Assembly (NCBI GenBank): GCA_947478395.1
Contig: CANJVR010000001.1
Location: 1-64,000, forward strand
Source of the DNA: Opitutia bacterium
GTDB lineage: Bacteria > Verrucomicrobiota > Verrucomicrobiia > Opitutales > Opitutaceae
DNA length: 64,000 nucleotides
Direction of reading: 5' to 3'
Numbering within the stretch: position 1 is the stretch's first letter; the number at the start of each line of letters is the position of its first letter. The notes under the pieces were generated by a model. That model did not search any database. It saw only the letters and a list, made by a program, of their open reading frames with translations, and had not been told where the DNA came from. This document shows positions 38,615 through 47,786 of this stretch, piece by piece. A program made the position numbers and the translations under genes.

Positions 38615-40624
38615 TCACCGCCGAAAAAGTTTCGGGTGCAACGCCCTTGCGACGGCCGTCAAAAGTTGCCGGGGAGTAGCGGGCTTGCGGAGCAGTTCCA
38701 CTCCTTCGTCGTTCAGCGCGCCCACCAGGGGATTGGAGTCAGCGGCGGCGCTAAACGCGAGGATCGGCAGTTCAGGCGCGTGCTGCCGCAGCGCCCGAAT
38801 CAAGGCCGGGCCGTTCATCACGGGCATCATGATGTCGGTGACGATCAGTGCGACCTCGGCCTGGTGCTGCACGAACACGGCGAGAGCCTCCGCGCCGTCG
38901 CTGGCCAGCACCACGCGATAATTCTCGGCCTCGAGGGCGAGCTTCGTGATCTCCCGCACCCAGTGTTCATCGTCGGCAACGATAATCAGCTGGTTGAGAC
39001 CGGTGGGCAAGGCGGCTAAGGGGGCTCGGGAGGTCGACGCGTTAGAGGAAGCGACGGGAAGAAAAATCAGGAAACGGCTCCCGCGCCCGATCTCGCTCTC
39101 CACCTCGAGGAAGCCGTGGTGCGCACGAACAATCGATGCGACCGTCGACAGACCGAGGCCGGTGCCCTTCCCGATTTCCTTGGTGGTAAAAAACGGCTCG
39201 AAGATTTTTTCTTGCAGCTCGCGCGTCATCCCGACGCCGGTGTCGGCCACGGACATGCAAATGTATTGCCCGGGCCTGATCTCACCCTTTTCCCGCGCCC
39301 GCGTTTCGTTCACCGCGACTTCCTCCAGCTGGATGCGCAAGTCACCGCCATCGGGCATGGCATCGCGGGCATTGACGCAAAGGTTCACCAAAACCTGGTG
39401 TAAATGCGTCGCGTCGCATTCCACCAATTTGAGATTCGCCGGGACCTCGGAGCTGACACGAATGGAACAGGGCAGCGTGGCGGCCATCATGCCGCGGACT
39501 TCCTGAACGATATGGTCGAGAGCCGTCGGCTCGATTTTCCTCGCGCCACCGCCGGCAAACAGCAGCACCTGTCTCACCATATCAGCTCCGCGGCCGGCCG
39601 CAGATTTCACCATCTCGAGAATCCTCGTTCGCTCCGGTTCCGGCGTGACGGCTAGCAAATCGCTCGCGAGCAAAATGGGGGCCAAGACATTGTTGAGGTC
39701 GTGGGCAATTCCGCTCGCCAAGGTTCCGATACTCTGGAGCCGTTGCGTGCGCAGAAACTGATCGGCGGCTTTCTTCCGCTCGGTGGCATCCGTGTTGACG
39801 ACGAGAATTTTCTGGGGCGCGCCGGCTTCGTCCCGGACCAGCGTCCAGCGCGACTCCACCGTCCGTTCCCCGCCATTGAAGGTAATATGGCTCAATTCGC
39901 CGGTCCATTCGCCGCTGCGTAAAGTTTCCCGCTCCGCCAGCTGGGCGACAGGATCCTTCTCCTCGCCGAGCAGCGCGGGGGCTTTTTTTCCCATGACATT
40001 CACGGCCAGATGGCCGTAAAGGCGCTCGGCGCTGCAATTCCAGAAACTGATCGAGCCCGCGAGATCGCGAACGTAAATCGCGTCACGCGCCTTCGCGAGC
40101 AAGTCTGCCTGTTCCCGGGTCTGCGCTTCCATCTTGTCCCTGAACTCGATTTCCACGCGGAGCGCTTCGTTGGCCTGCGAAAGCTCCCGGGTGCGTTCCT
40201 CGACGCGCTTCTCAAGCAAGTCGCGCGCGAGCCGTAGCTCCCGCTGCAGACGGTGATTCAAGAGCGCCATTTCCACCGTGATCTGAAGTTCGCGTTCCTT
40301 GAACGGCTTCAAGAGGTAGCTGGCCGGGTAGGCAAACTTGGCGCGATTCAGTGTCTTCTCATCGGAGTTGGCCGTGAGAAAAACGATCGGCAAGTCGTGA
40401 CGCTCGCGGATCACCGCCGCCGCCACGATGCCGTCCATCGGGCCGCGCAGAAAAATATCCATCAGCATCAGATCCGGCTTCAGCTCCGCCGCCAGGGTCA
40501 CGGCCTGTTCACCCGTGGCGACAATACCACACACCTCAAACCCGAGCTTCGTGAGGCGTCGGCTTACATCGAGAGCGATCAGGCTCTCGTCTTCGACAAT
40601 CAGGATGCGGGGCAAAGGATTCAT
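38615..40624 (-). CDS. Hybrid histidine kinase REC-PAS-HisKA-HATPase-REC (CckA-like core)
   Basis: ILIVEDE / LMDI / KPF receiver; PAS; GIAHDLNN H-box; NLCVNARDAM, DTGVG, FFTTK, GTGLGL; C-terminal receiver (DDE, TDIMMP, RKP). Confidence 0.94.
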   Translation of the reverse strand: MNPLPRILIVEDESLIALDVSRRLTKLGFEVCGIVATGEQAVTLAAELKPDLMLMDIFLRGPMDGIVAAAVIRERHDLPIVFLTANSDEKTLNRAKFAYPASYLLKPFKERELQITVEMALLNHRLQRELRLARDLLEKRVEERTRELSQANEALRVEIEFRDKMEAQTREQADLLAKARDAIYVRDLAGSISFWNCSAERLYGHLAVNVMGKKAPALLGEEKDPVAQLAERETLRSGEWTGELSHITFNGGERTVESRWTLVRDEAGAPQKILVVNTDATERKKAADQFLRTQRLQSIGTLASGIAHDLNNVLAPILLASDLLAVTPEPERTRILEMVKSAAGRGADMVRQVLLFAGGGARKIEPTALDHIVQEVRGMMAATLPCSIRVSSEVPANLKLVECDATHLHQVLVNLCVNARDAMPDGGDLRIQLEEVAVNETRAREKGEIRPGQYICMSVADTGVGMTRELQEKIFEPFFTTKEIGKGTGLGLSTVASIVRAHHGFLEVESEIGRGSRFLIFLPVASSNASTSRAPLAALPTGLNQLIIVADDEHWVREITKLALEAENYRVVLASDGAEALAVFVQHQAEVALIVTDIMMPVMNGPALIRALRQHAPELPILAFSAAADSNPLVGALNDEGVELLRKPATPRQLLTAVARALHPKLFRR

Positions 40625-43197
40625 GCTCGTCCGGGATGAATTTCAGGACTCGAAATCTCCGGCACAGTGAGCTCAAAAACGGTGCCCTCGCCGGGACTGG
40701 ATTTTATTTCGATCTCGCCCTGGATCTGCTGCGCGAGCGTGAAGACGAGCTGCATGCCCAGCGATTCAGTGCGGCGTAGATCCAAGCCGAGCGGGATTCC
40801 CCGGCCCGTGTCTGCGACCCGCATCACGATGAAACCGGGGCTCCGGCGCTTGAGCACAACGTTAACCGCACCCGTGCGGCCGTCGGGGAACGCGTGCTTG
40901 TAGGCGTTCGAGACCAGTTCGTTGATGATCAGTCCGCAAGGGATCGCGGCGTCGATCGCGAGGCGAATCTCGTCGGCTTCGAGCGTGAAGCGAATCTCGC
41001 TCGCCGACGGACTGAAGCTTGCGGCGAGATTTTCCGTCAGCTCGCGCAGGTAGTCGGCGAAATCGACCCAGGCCAGATCGTCGGACTGATAAAGTTTTTC
41101 GTGCACCAGTGCCATCGCGGCGATGCGGCTCTGGGTATCGACGATGAACGGACGCGCCTGTGCGTCGGGCAGAAAATCGAGCTGGAGGTTCAACAGGCTC
41201 GAGACGACCTGCATGTTATTTTTCACCCGGTGATGGACCTCCTTGAGCAGCGCGTCCTTTTCTTGGAGCGAGGAGCGCAGCGCATCCTGGGCGCGCTTGC
41301 GCTCTTCGAGTTCGATCCGCAGGCGCTCGTTGGTCTCCGTCAGGGCGGCGCGCGACTGCAACAAACCTTCGCGCGCGCCCTGGAGTCCTTCCGCCGCGCG
41401 GCCGATGCCTTCCTGCAGCAGATTGAAATTGTGCGCCATATCCCCGACTTCGTCGCGCGAATTGACGACGATCGGCGTCAGGACGAAGTTGGCCTTGGCC
41501 GAGTCAAGCTGGCCGGCGGCAAGGGCGCGCATGGCCCGCGCGAAATCGGCGAGCGTGCCGGAAACGAGGCTGTTTGCCGCGTTCGAAATCTGCACGGCGG
41601 AGTGCGCGATCATCCCGGGCAGAATCAAGCCCACGCAGACCGTCAGCAGTGCGACCACGACGAAAATATCCTCCAGCGCGACGATCAGGATGGTATTTTT
41701 CTCGGGGACGGACCTGACCGCGATCACGTAGCCGACCGCGTCGAACGCCAGAACCGCGAGCATTGCACCGGTGAGTTTGAGGTGAAGGGTGCGGGCGATG
41801 CCGGGCAAACCGGCTTTGCGCCGGTCGGAGAATTTTCGCCACGCGTAGGCCGCGGATCCGGAATACGCGAAGACAAAGCCGACGATCACCGTGATCAGTC
41901 CAAACTGCTCAAATCCCAGCACGACGGTCAGCCCCCAAACGCCGGCCGCGATCAACCCGAGTACAATTGTACCTTTCGGAGCCCGATACGGCCGGGGTGC
42001 CTCCGGCTGGCTGCGCCGCAGGAGCCACACGGCGACGTTCGGCAGCGCGATGCCGATTAAGTAAGTCAGGTTGGCCGCCGCGATCAGCCAGACTGGATCG
42101 CCGATCAGGAGAAAAATAATCGCCATCACTGCAGTGAAAACCGTCGCCGCCCACGGCGCATCGGTGCGCGACCGCAACGCGAGGAATTCCGGCAGAAGCC
42201 CGTCCTCGGAAAGTTGCGACAGGGTACGCGCGGCTCCCGCCAGCGGAGCCATCGTGCCGTGAAACATGTTCATCATCATGAACCAGATCGCCGCGCCCTT
42301 CGCGGCACTGCCGAGCAGCGGCGCAAAGGTCGGACCAAGCTCCAACGCGAGATCCTTGCCCATCGGCTCCGGCCCGAGCGTTCCGAGCCATATGAGCGGG
42401 AGAATGATGAAGTAGAGACTCGCCATCGCCGCGCTGGCGAACATCGCGCGCGGGACATTCTTGGCGGGGTCGATGGTTTCGCCCACGTGACACGCCGCCT
42501 GCTCAAAGGCCGGTGCGGCAAATCCCACGAGGTAAAGACCGGCCATCACACTCGTCACGCCACCGAACCAACCCGGGAACGGCACGGTGAGGTGAAAAGT
42601 GAACGCTTGCTGCCAGTTAACATCGCCATGGACGACCGGGACTAACGCCGAAAGAAAAGCGAGCACCGCGGAAACGGTCGCGATCGGCATCGCCAGGCGC
42701 ATGACCCATTTGACGCCGCACAGATTAACGACCGTAAAAAAGACCACGATCCCGGAGGCAAGCAACGGCACCGAAATCCACGGGAGATACCATTGCTTGA
42801 TCGCCGACGCGGAGAGCAGCGCCGTCAGGCCGCACGTCGGCACCCAACCCCACCAATAGCAAACGCCCGTGAGATTCGCCAAGACCGGGCTGAGCGGCCG
42901 GAACGCCTCCGCGCAGGTGGCGGCGATTCCACCGACCCGGTTGGGATACATGAGAATCAACTCCGTCCAACCCGGCGTTGCCGCCCAGCTTAGGAGCAGT
43001 CCGATGATCAGCAGTAGCACTGCGGCGCTACCCTGGCCCGGAATCGATTCCTGCCCGACAAACAGCGCGCCGAGCAGGAACAAGCTCTGATTGATTCCAC
43101 CCATCGCGACACACGTCGTGCCAAACCAACCGACGGTACGGGGATGCAAAAGCGTGGCGGGATCTCGTTCAGCGACGTCGCCTGGTACAGGTTTCAT
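40621..43197 (-). CDS. APC amino-acid permease fused to HAMP and a HisKA_2-type histidine kinase
   Basis: About 12-TM APC body (AMGGINQ, AFEQAACHVGETIDPAKNVPRAM, RTLSQLSEDGLLP, RPYRAP); two further TMs; HAMP DEVGDMAHNFN; EVHHRVKNN; NELVSNAYKHAF; ATGA overlap with the next gene. Confidence 0.9.
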   Translation of the reverse strand: MKPVPGDVAERDPATLLHPRTVGWFGTTCVAMGGINQSLFLLGALFVGQESIPGQGSAAVLLLIIGLLLSWAATPGWTELILMYPNRVGGIAATCAEAFRPLSPVLANLTGVCYWWGWVPTCGLTALLSASAIKQWYLPWISVPLLASGIVVFFTVVNLCGVKWVMRLAMPIATVSAVLAFLSALVPVVHGDVNWQQAFTFHLTVPFPGWFGGVTSVMAGLYLVGFAAPAFEQAACHVGETIDPAKNVPRAMFASAAMASLYFIILPLIWLGTLGPEPMGKDLALELGPTFAPLLGSAAKGAAIWFMMMNMFHGTMAPLAGAARTLSQLSEDGLLPEFLALRSRTDAPWAATVFTAVMAIIFLLIGDPVWLIAAANLTYLIGIALPNVAVWLLRRSQPEAPRPYRAPKGTIVLGLIAAGVWGLTVVLGFEQFGLITVIVGFVFAYSGSAAYAWRKFSDRRKAGLPGIARTLHLKLTGAMLAVLAFDAVGYVIAVRSVPEKNTILIVALEDIFVVVALLTVCVGLILPGMIAHSAVQISNAANSLVSGTLADFARAMRALAAGQLDSAKANFVLTPIVVNSRDEVGDMAHNFNLLQEGIGRAAEGLQGAREGLLQSRAALTETNERLRIELEERKRAQDALRSSLQEKDALLKEVHHRVKNNMQVVSSLLNLQLDFLPDAQARPFIVDTQSRIAAMALVHEKLYQSDDLAWVDFADYLRELTENLAASFSPSASEIRFTLEADEIRLAIDAAIPCGLIINELVSNAYKHAFPDGRTGAVNVVLKRRSPGFIVMRVADTGRGIPLGLDLRRTESLGMQLVFTLAQQIQGEIEIKSSPGEGTVFELTVPEISSPEIHPGRA

Positions 43198-43391
43198 AGA
43201 AAAGGCCAAAATCGGGACCATCCCATCTAGCTTGATTCCATAAGCAACGAATTCATCGCACAAAAAATTCAACCTCCTCGCTGGACGCGGGCGGAATACT
43301 CCATTTTATCCCCGGCCACTCACCGCCTGAACCGCGAGAGACGGACGGCGGACGGCAGCCACGACTGTTTCTCGATGGACGGAACTCCGCC

Positions 43392-43420
43392 TTGACAGTG
43401 CTCGAGCCGCTCGCGAATTT
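43392..43420 (+). promoter_or_regulatory. Candidate sigma70 promoter for tRNA-His
   Basis: Perfect TTGACA at 43392-43397; only a weak -10 (GAATTT) at 17-bp spacing. Confidence 0.4.
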
Positions 43421-43434
43421 CTTCCCCTCTGCAC

Positions 43435-43512
43435 GGCGGCCATAGCTCAGTTGGTTAGAGCACAAGATTGTGATTCTTGGGGTCGCGGGTTCGAATCCCG
43501 TTGGCCGCCCCA
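43435..43512 (+). tRNA. tRNA-His (GUG) with encoded G-1 and CCA
   Basis: G + GCGGCCA / TGGCCGC acceptor stem, D arm GCTC/GAGC, anticodon arm CAAGA-TTGTGAT-TCTTG, T loop TTCGAAT, C discriminator and CCA. Confidence 0.97.
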
Positions 43513-43617
43513 TTTTACGACGCGAGCGGTCGACCCGAGACGCTCGCCCCAAACTGCCCGTGCACCGTCTCCAAGTACCTTTGCGTCGTCCGTAAGCTCC
43601 GTGGATAGAAAGCTTTC

Positions 43618-44130
43618 TCAGCTCGCCGTTGCTGAATGACGTCGGCCGAAACGCCGCAAGAGCGGGCGAAGCCCGTAATACAGCGCGCCCACAATGAGCG
43701 GCACGCTCAGTCCCCAGGCCGTGGCGGCGTGCACCCCGGTCCATCCGAAGCGCCGCAAAAAAGTCCACGGATCGTCCTTGAACGCCTTCATCAAAATCCC
43801 AATCGACAGCGGCATAGACTCGGCGCCCCAGATTTTTTCCCCGATCCGCACGTAGGCCAGAATCAGCGCGAGCTGTAGCGGCCCGAGCAGCTGATTCAAA
43901 GTTTGCAGGATAGGTTGGTTCAACCGCAGCCATAGCCCCACGCCCAGATTCAAAAGGGCGGTAAATCCCAGGAACGGCAGCAGCGAACACGCCGTGCCCA
44001 CGGCCAGCGTGAGCGCGATGCGATCCGGCGTGACGCCTTGCGTGAGCTGCGCGAGCACCGGGGCCAGCACCCGACGGCGCCAGAAGGATTCTTTTTTCGG
44101 CGCGGCGGCCATGGGCGGGGGAGGAATCAT
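43618..44130 (-). CDS. DUF2062 family membrane protein
   Basis: LTQGVTPDRIALTLAVG, LRLNQP..Q..N, YVRIGEKI, HAATAW. Confidence 0.85.
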   Translation of the reverse strand: MIPPPPMAAAPKKESFWRRRVLAPVLAQLTQGVTPDRIALTLAVGTACSLLPFLGFTALLNLGVGLWLRLNQPILQTLNQLLGPLQLALILAYVRIGEKIWGAESMPLSIGILMKAFKDDPWTFLRRFGWTGVHAATAWGLSVPLIVGALYYGLRPLLRRFGRRHSATAS

Positions 44131-44183
44131 GAACTCGATGATAGGTCAGCCCTGCACCCTCGGATGCGCTCATGCATCGTCCG

Positions 44184-45296
44184 TTACACCGACAGGTAAG
44201 GCTCGGCCGGCCGAAATCCAGGGAGCTCGCAGGCCGCGTCGCGACTTTTCATATCCGGAAAAAGATAAACGGCATAGCCGCCGAATCCACCGCCGCAATA
44301 TTTCCACGCCTGCGGACGGCAGGCGGCGAGCGCGGCGTGCGAATCGGCCGCCGGATCGCCCGGCAGCGCCTGCATGCCTTCCTTGCGCTGCACGGCGTAA
44401 GATTGCCGCACGCCCGAGGCGAGTCCGGCGAAATCACGCGCCCACACCGCGTCGCGCGCGGTGCGACCGGCGCGTTCGATCGCGTCGTAATCGCGGCTTT
44501 GGTCCACCACCGCAGGCGTCGAGTGTTGCTGCCCGGTCCAATAGAGCGCCAGACGCCCCCGCAACAATTCACCATCCGTCTTAACCTCCAGTTCCGGATG
44601 CGCCCCACTCCGCCACACGCATAAACCGGTTTCGCTGATCACCGCCGGGTCCTGCCAGCCCACGCCCAGATCCAACTCCGACGAAACGCCGTCGCGACCG
44701 TTGATCAATGCCCACGCCCCGCTGCCACCGAGGCCCGCATTCTGGTGATACGGCCAATCGCGCAATGATACCGTCGGCGAGATCGCGCAGTTGACGATAA
44801 ACCCGCCCGGCCGCGCAAAACGCGGCACATCGAGCCAGCCGCCCGCAAAATCCACGCGCAAGGGCGCCACCTGCGGGGCGCGAATCCAGCGCACGATCTC
44901 CGTCGTGGAAATCGGCGGGAACTCCGGCGGCGTCTTCGGCATCACCACGTAGCGCGCGCCAACTTCCGCGCACAGCGCCCGTTTCAAATCCGCATATTTG
45001 TCATCCTCCGTCACCGCGAGCACATCGGGTTTCAGCCGTAAAAACGATTCCCGGAAATCGATGCCTTCCTCCAAGCCGGTGCCGATCACCACGTCGTCCA
45101 CCATCTTCAGCCCCGCGATCAACGCCCGCTTGTGCTCGTCCGGCAGGGAGCTCTTCCGCTGTTTGTGAAACCACAATACTTCCTTCGAGGCGAAGGACAC
45201 GGTCAGGTGATCACCCAACGCGCGCGCCTCGCGAAAAAACTGCACGTGACCCGCGTGTACGATGTCGTAACAGCCAGAAACAAAAACTCGAACCAT
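44184..45296 (-). CDS. Cytidylyltransferase-like (HxGH) nucleotidyltransferase fused to a compact GHMP kinase
   Basis: VSGCYDIVHAGH...ISTTEI (NTase), then APLRVDFAGGWLD, AGLGGSGA, GWQD, KYCGGGFGG (GHMP). Confidence 0.85.
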   Translation of the reverse strand: MVRVFVSGCYDIVHAGHVQFFREARALGDHLTVSFASKEVLWFHKQRKSSLPDEHKRALIAGLKMVDDVVIGTGLEEGIDFRESFLRLKPDVLAVTEDDKYADLKRALCAEVGARYVVMPKTPPEFPPISTTEIVRWIRAPQVAPLRVDFAGGWLDVPRFARPGGFIVNCAISPTVSLRDWPYHQNAGLGGSGAWALINGRDGVSSELDLGVGWQDPAVISETGLCVWRSGAHPELEVKTDGELLRGRLALYWTGQQHSTPAVVDQSRDYDAIERAGRTARDAVWARDFAGLASGVRQSYAVQRKEGMQALPGDPAADSHAALAACRPQAWKYCGGGFGGYAVYLFPDMKSRDAACELPGFRPAEPYLSV

Positions 45297-45562
45297 GCCG
45301 GCGTTATGCCGGCCGCGCCGAGCGCTGCGCGAGAAAAATTGACGCCGCTAAGCCCCCACCCTGCGGGCCCACCTATTAAAGAGCGGATTTACCCGGAAGC
45401 CGGTCAAACGGGATCGAACCACCGATCGCGCGTGATTGCCGCCTTAAGAGAGAGGGGCCGCGCAGGACGGAGGCGGGGTTGTCCTGTTTTGCACGCCATC
45501 CCCTCAAAAATCCTCCAAAAACAATTTTGCCCCTCCGCATTCTAACGCCACGTTTTCCCGTG

Positions 45563-46801
45563 ATGAACTTCAGCGATTGGCCATCCCTCGCTCCCGCCGC
45601 CGCCGCGCGCGAACTGCTACGCCGCGTCGAAACCATTCCGCCCGTCCAGCGCCGCGCGATCATCGCGCAGCTTCCGACCGAAGCCGAACTCACCGCGCGA
45701 TTCGCCGCTGCACCAAAGGGGGCACCGCTCGCCGGTATTCCCTATTTATTAAAAGATCTCTTCGACGTCGTCGGTCAGCCCACCTTCGCCGGTTCGACGT
45801 TTCTTCCGGACGTTCGACCGACGCCGGCTCAAGACGCCGCATTAGTGAACTCGCTGCGCACCGCGGGTGCGGTCCTCGGTGGCAAAACCCATCTCCACGA
45901 ATTCGCCTACGGCATCACGGGCGAAAATCCGCATTACGGTGACGTCGAGCACCCGCGTTTTCCCGGCCGGACTTCGGGCGGTTCCAGCAGCGGTTCCGCC
46001 GCGGCGGTCGCAGCGGGAGTCGTCCCCCTCGCCATCGGGACCGATACCGGCGGGTCGATCCGCGTGCCTGCGGCCTTCTGCGGACTCTTTGGTTTTCGCG
46101 GCGTCCCGTTACACCCGTGGATCGCAGATGCCTTTCCGCTCGCCCCGAGTTTTGACACGGCCGGCTGGTTCACCGCCAACGCGGCCGACATGCTCGCCGC
46201 CCTCACTGCGCTCGTCGGCGTGAGCACTGGGGCCCGCGAACCGCGCGGTTGTTATCTGGAAATTCCCGGACTCACGCCGGAAGTCGCGACCGCCTGTGCG
46301 GCGGCGGCCGCGCGACTGACCGAACCCGCTGACCGCGCGACCCGCACCGAACTGTTGCGTCGCTTCGCCGGCGCCCTTGATGCCTACAACACCATCACCG
46401 CCGTTGAAGCATGGTCGGTGCACCGCGGTTGGGCTGCGCGTTTTCAGGATCGCTACGATCCCGCGGTGTGGACTCGCCTCAATCGCGTCCACGATCTCAC
46501 GCCGGCGCAGGTCGCCGCCGCCGATGCGACGCTGATTGCGGTCCGCCTCGCGTGGAAGAATTTCTTCCTGACCCACGACTTTCTTATTCTCCCCGCGGTG
46601 CACAGTCCCGCGCTGGCGAAAGCCGATTGCACGCTACCCCAGCGCAGCCGCTTGCTATCAATGACGGCGCCGGCGTCCATCGGCGGTCTGCCTGTTCTCA
46701 CCGTACCGGTGCCGCTGCCCTCCGGCCTTTCCGCCGGCCTCCAGATCGTGGTGCATCACTCGCAGAGCCCAGTCCTGCCCTGGGTTCTCACCCGGGGATG
46801 A
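45563..46801 (+). CDS. Amidase-signature family hydrolase
   Basis: LLKDLFD, GKTHLHEFAYG.TGENP, GGSSSGS, GTDTGGSIRVPAAFCG. Confidence 0.92.
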   Translation: MNFSDWPSLAPAAAARELLRRVETIPPVQRRAIIAQLPTEAELTARFAAAPKGAPLAGIPYLLKDLFDVVGQPTFAGSTFLPDVRPTPAQDAALVNSLRTAGAVLGGKTHLHEFAYGITGENPHYGDVEHPRFPGRTSGGSSSGSAAAVAAGVVPLAIGTDTGGSIRVPAAFCGLFGFRGVPLHPWIADAFPLAPSFDTAGWFTANAADMLAALTALVGVSTGAREPRGCYLEIPGLTPEVATACAAAAARLTEPADRATRTELLRRFAGALDAYNTITAVEAWSVHRGWAARFQDRYDPAVWTRLNRVHDLTPAQVAAADATLIAVRLAWKNFFLTHDFLILPAVHSPALAKADCTLPQRSRLLSMTAPASIGGLPVLTVPVPLPSGLSAGLQIVVHHSQSPVLPWVLTRG

Positions 46802-46834
46802 TCGCGCTTTGAACAACCCCGCAAAGTCCGCGGC

Positions 46835-46879
46835 CGTCCGGTGCGAGCGTAGCGCAATACGCTACACCCGCACCGGACG
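46835..46879. repeat. Long imperfect palindrome between the amidase and the ABC ATPase
   Basis: CGTCCGGTGCGAGCGTAGCG-caata-CGCTACACCCGCACCGGACG. Confidence 0.6.
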
Positions 46880-46937
46880 ATTTTACGGAAATTTCCTGCG
46901 CTGGCTTTCGTCGCAGCTTCGTATCTCGTAAACCGCT

Positions 46938-47786
46938 GTGCCGCCTGCCGACAGTCCTCGCTCCGTGGTCGAGCTCCGCCGCGTTGAAAAACGTTACGGC
47001 GACGGGCCCCTGATCCTGGACCACATCGATCTGGCTGCGGCGCCCGGCGATTTCGTGGCGCTCATCGGCCCCAGCGGCTGCGGCAAATCCACGCTGCTCA
47101 AACTCATCGCCGGCCTGAGCCCCGTGACGCACGGCGAATTGTCAGTCGCCGGCCCTGATTCCGGGGAAAATGCCGCAGAACTCGCGTACGTTTTCCAGGA
47201 ACCCACCTTGCTGCCTTGGCTGACCGTCGCTCAAAACGTCGAACTACCTCTCACGCTGCGCGCCGCGTCGGCCGCGAATCGCGAGGCCGCGGTGACGCGT
47301 GCCCTCGCGTTGGTCGGCCTGAGTTCACACGCTACTTTTTTTCCGCGCCAGCTTTCCGGCGGACAAAAAATGCGTGTCTCGATCGCCCGCGCGCTCTCGC
47401 TTTCGCCCCGCTTGCTGCTGCTCGACGAGCCGTTCGGCGCACTCGATGAAATGACGCGCGACCGCCTCAACGAGGAATTGCTCGCCATCCGCGAGCGCCA
47501 GGGCTGGACGGCGTTTTTCGTGACTCATTCCGTCGCCGAAGCCGTTTTCCTCGCCAACCGCGTGGTCATCATGGCCGCCCATCCGGGGCGCATTCACGAG
47601 GAAATCCGGATCGACCTGCCCTACCCGCGCACGCCCGAAACGCGCAGCTCCATCGCCTACCAAAAACTCGTCGCCGAGATTTCCCGCACGCTCCGTTCCG
47701 TCGACTCGCACGGCGATATTTCAACTCAAAACTCAAAACCAATAACCCAAAGCGCGGCGCCGTCTGCGTCCGCCCGCTCCGCCTGA
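46938..47786 (+). CDS. NitT/TauT-family ABC transporter ATP-binding protein
   Basis: GPSGCGKST, VFQEPTLLPW, LSGGQ, LLDEPFGALD, VTHSVAEA. Confidence 0.94.
   Translation: MPPADSPRSVVELRRVEKRYGDGPLILDHIDLAAAPGDFVALIGPSGCGKSTLLKLIAGLSPVTHGELSVAGPDSGENAAELAYVFQEPTLLPWLTVAQNVELPLTLRAASAANREAAVTRALALVGLSSHATFFPRQLSGGQKMRVSIARALSLSPRLLLLDEPFGALDEMTRDRLNEELLAIRERQGWTAFFVTHSVAEAVFLANRVVIMAAHPGRIHEEIRIDLPYPRTPETRSSIAYQKLVAEISRTLRSVDSHGDISTQNSKPITQSAAPSASARSA

Noticed and set aside
43435..43620. Genomic island integrated at tRNA-His
   Set aside because: No integrase, no duplicated tRNA 3' end seen, and the kinase pair lies on the 5' side of the tRNA
43253..44173. 306-aa minus-strand ORF containing MGRPTGFEPATPRITILCSNQLSY
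   Set aside because: That segment is the antisense reading of tRNA-His; the rest is an off-frame reading of the DUF2062 gene
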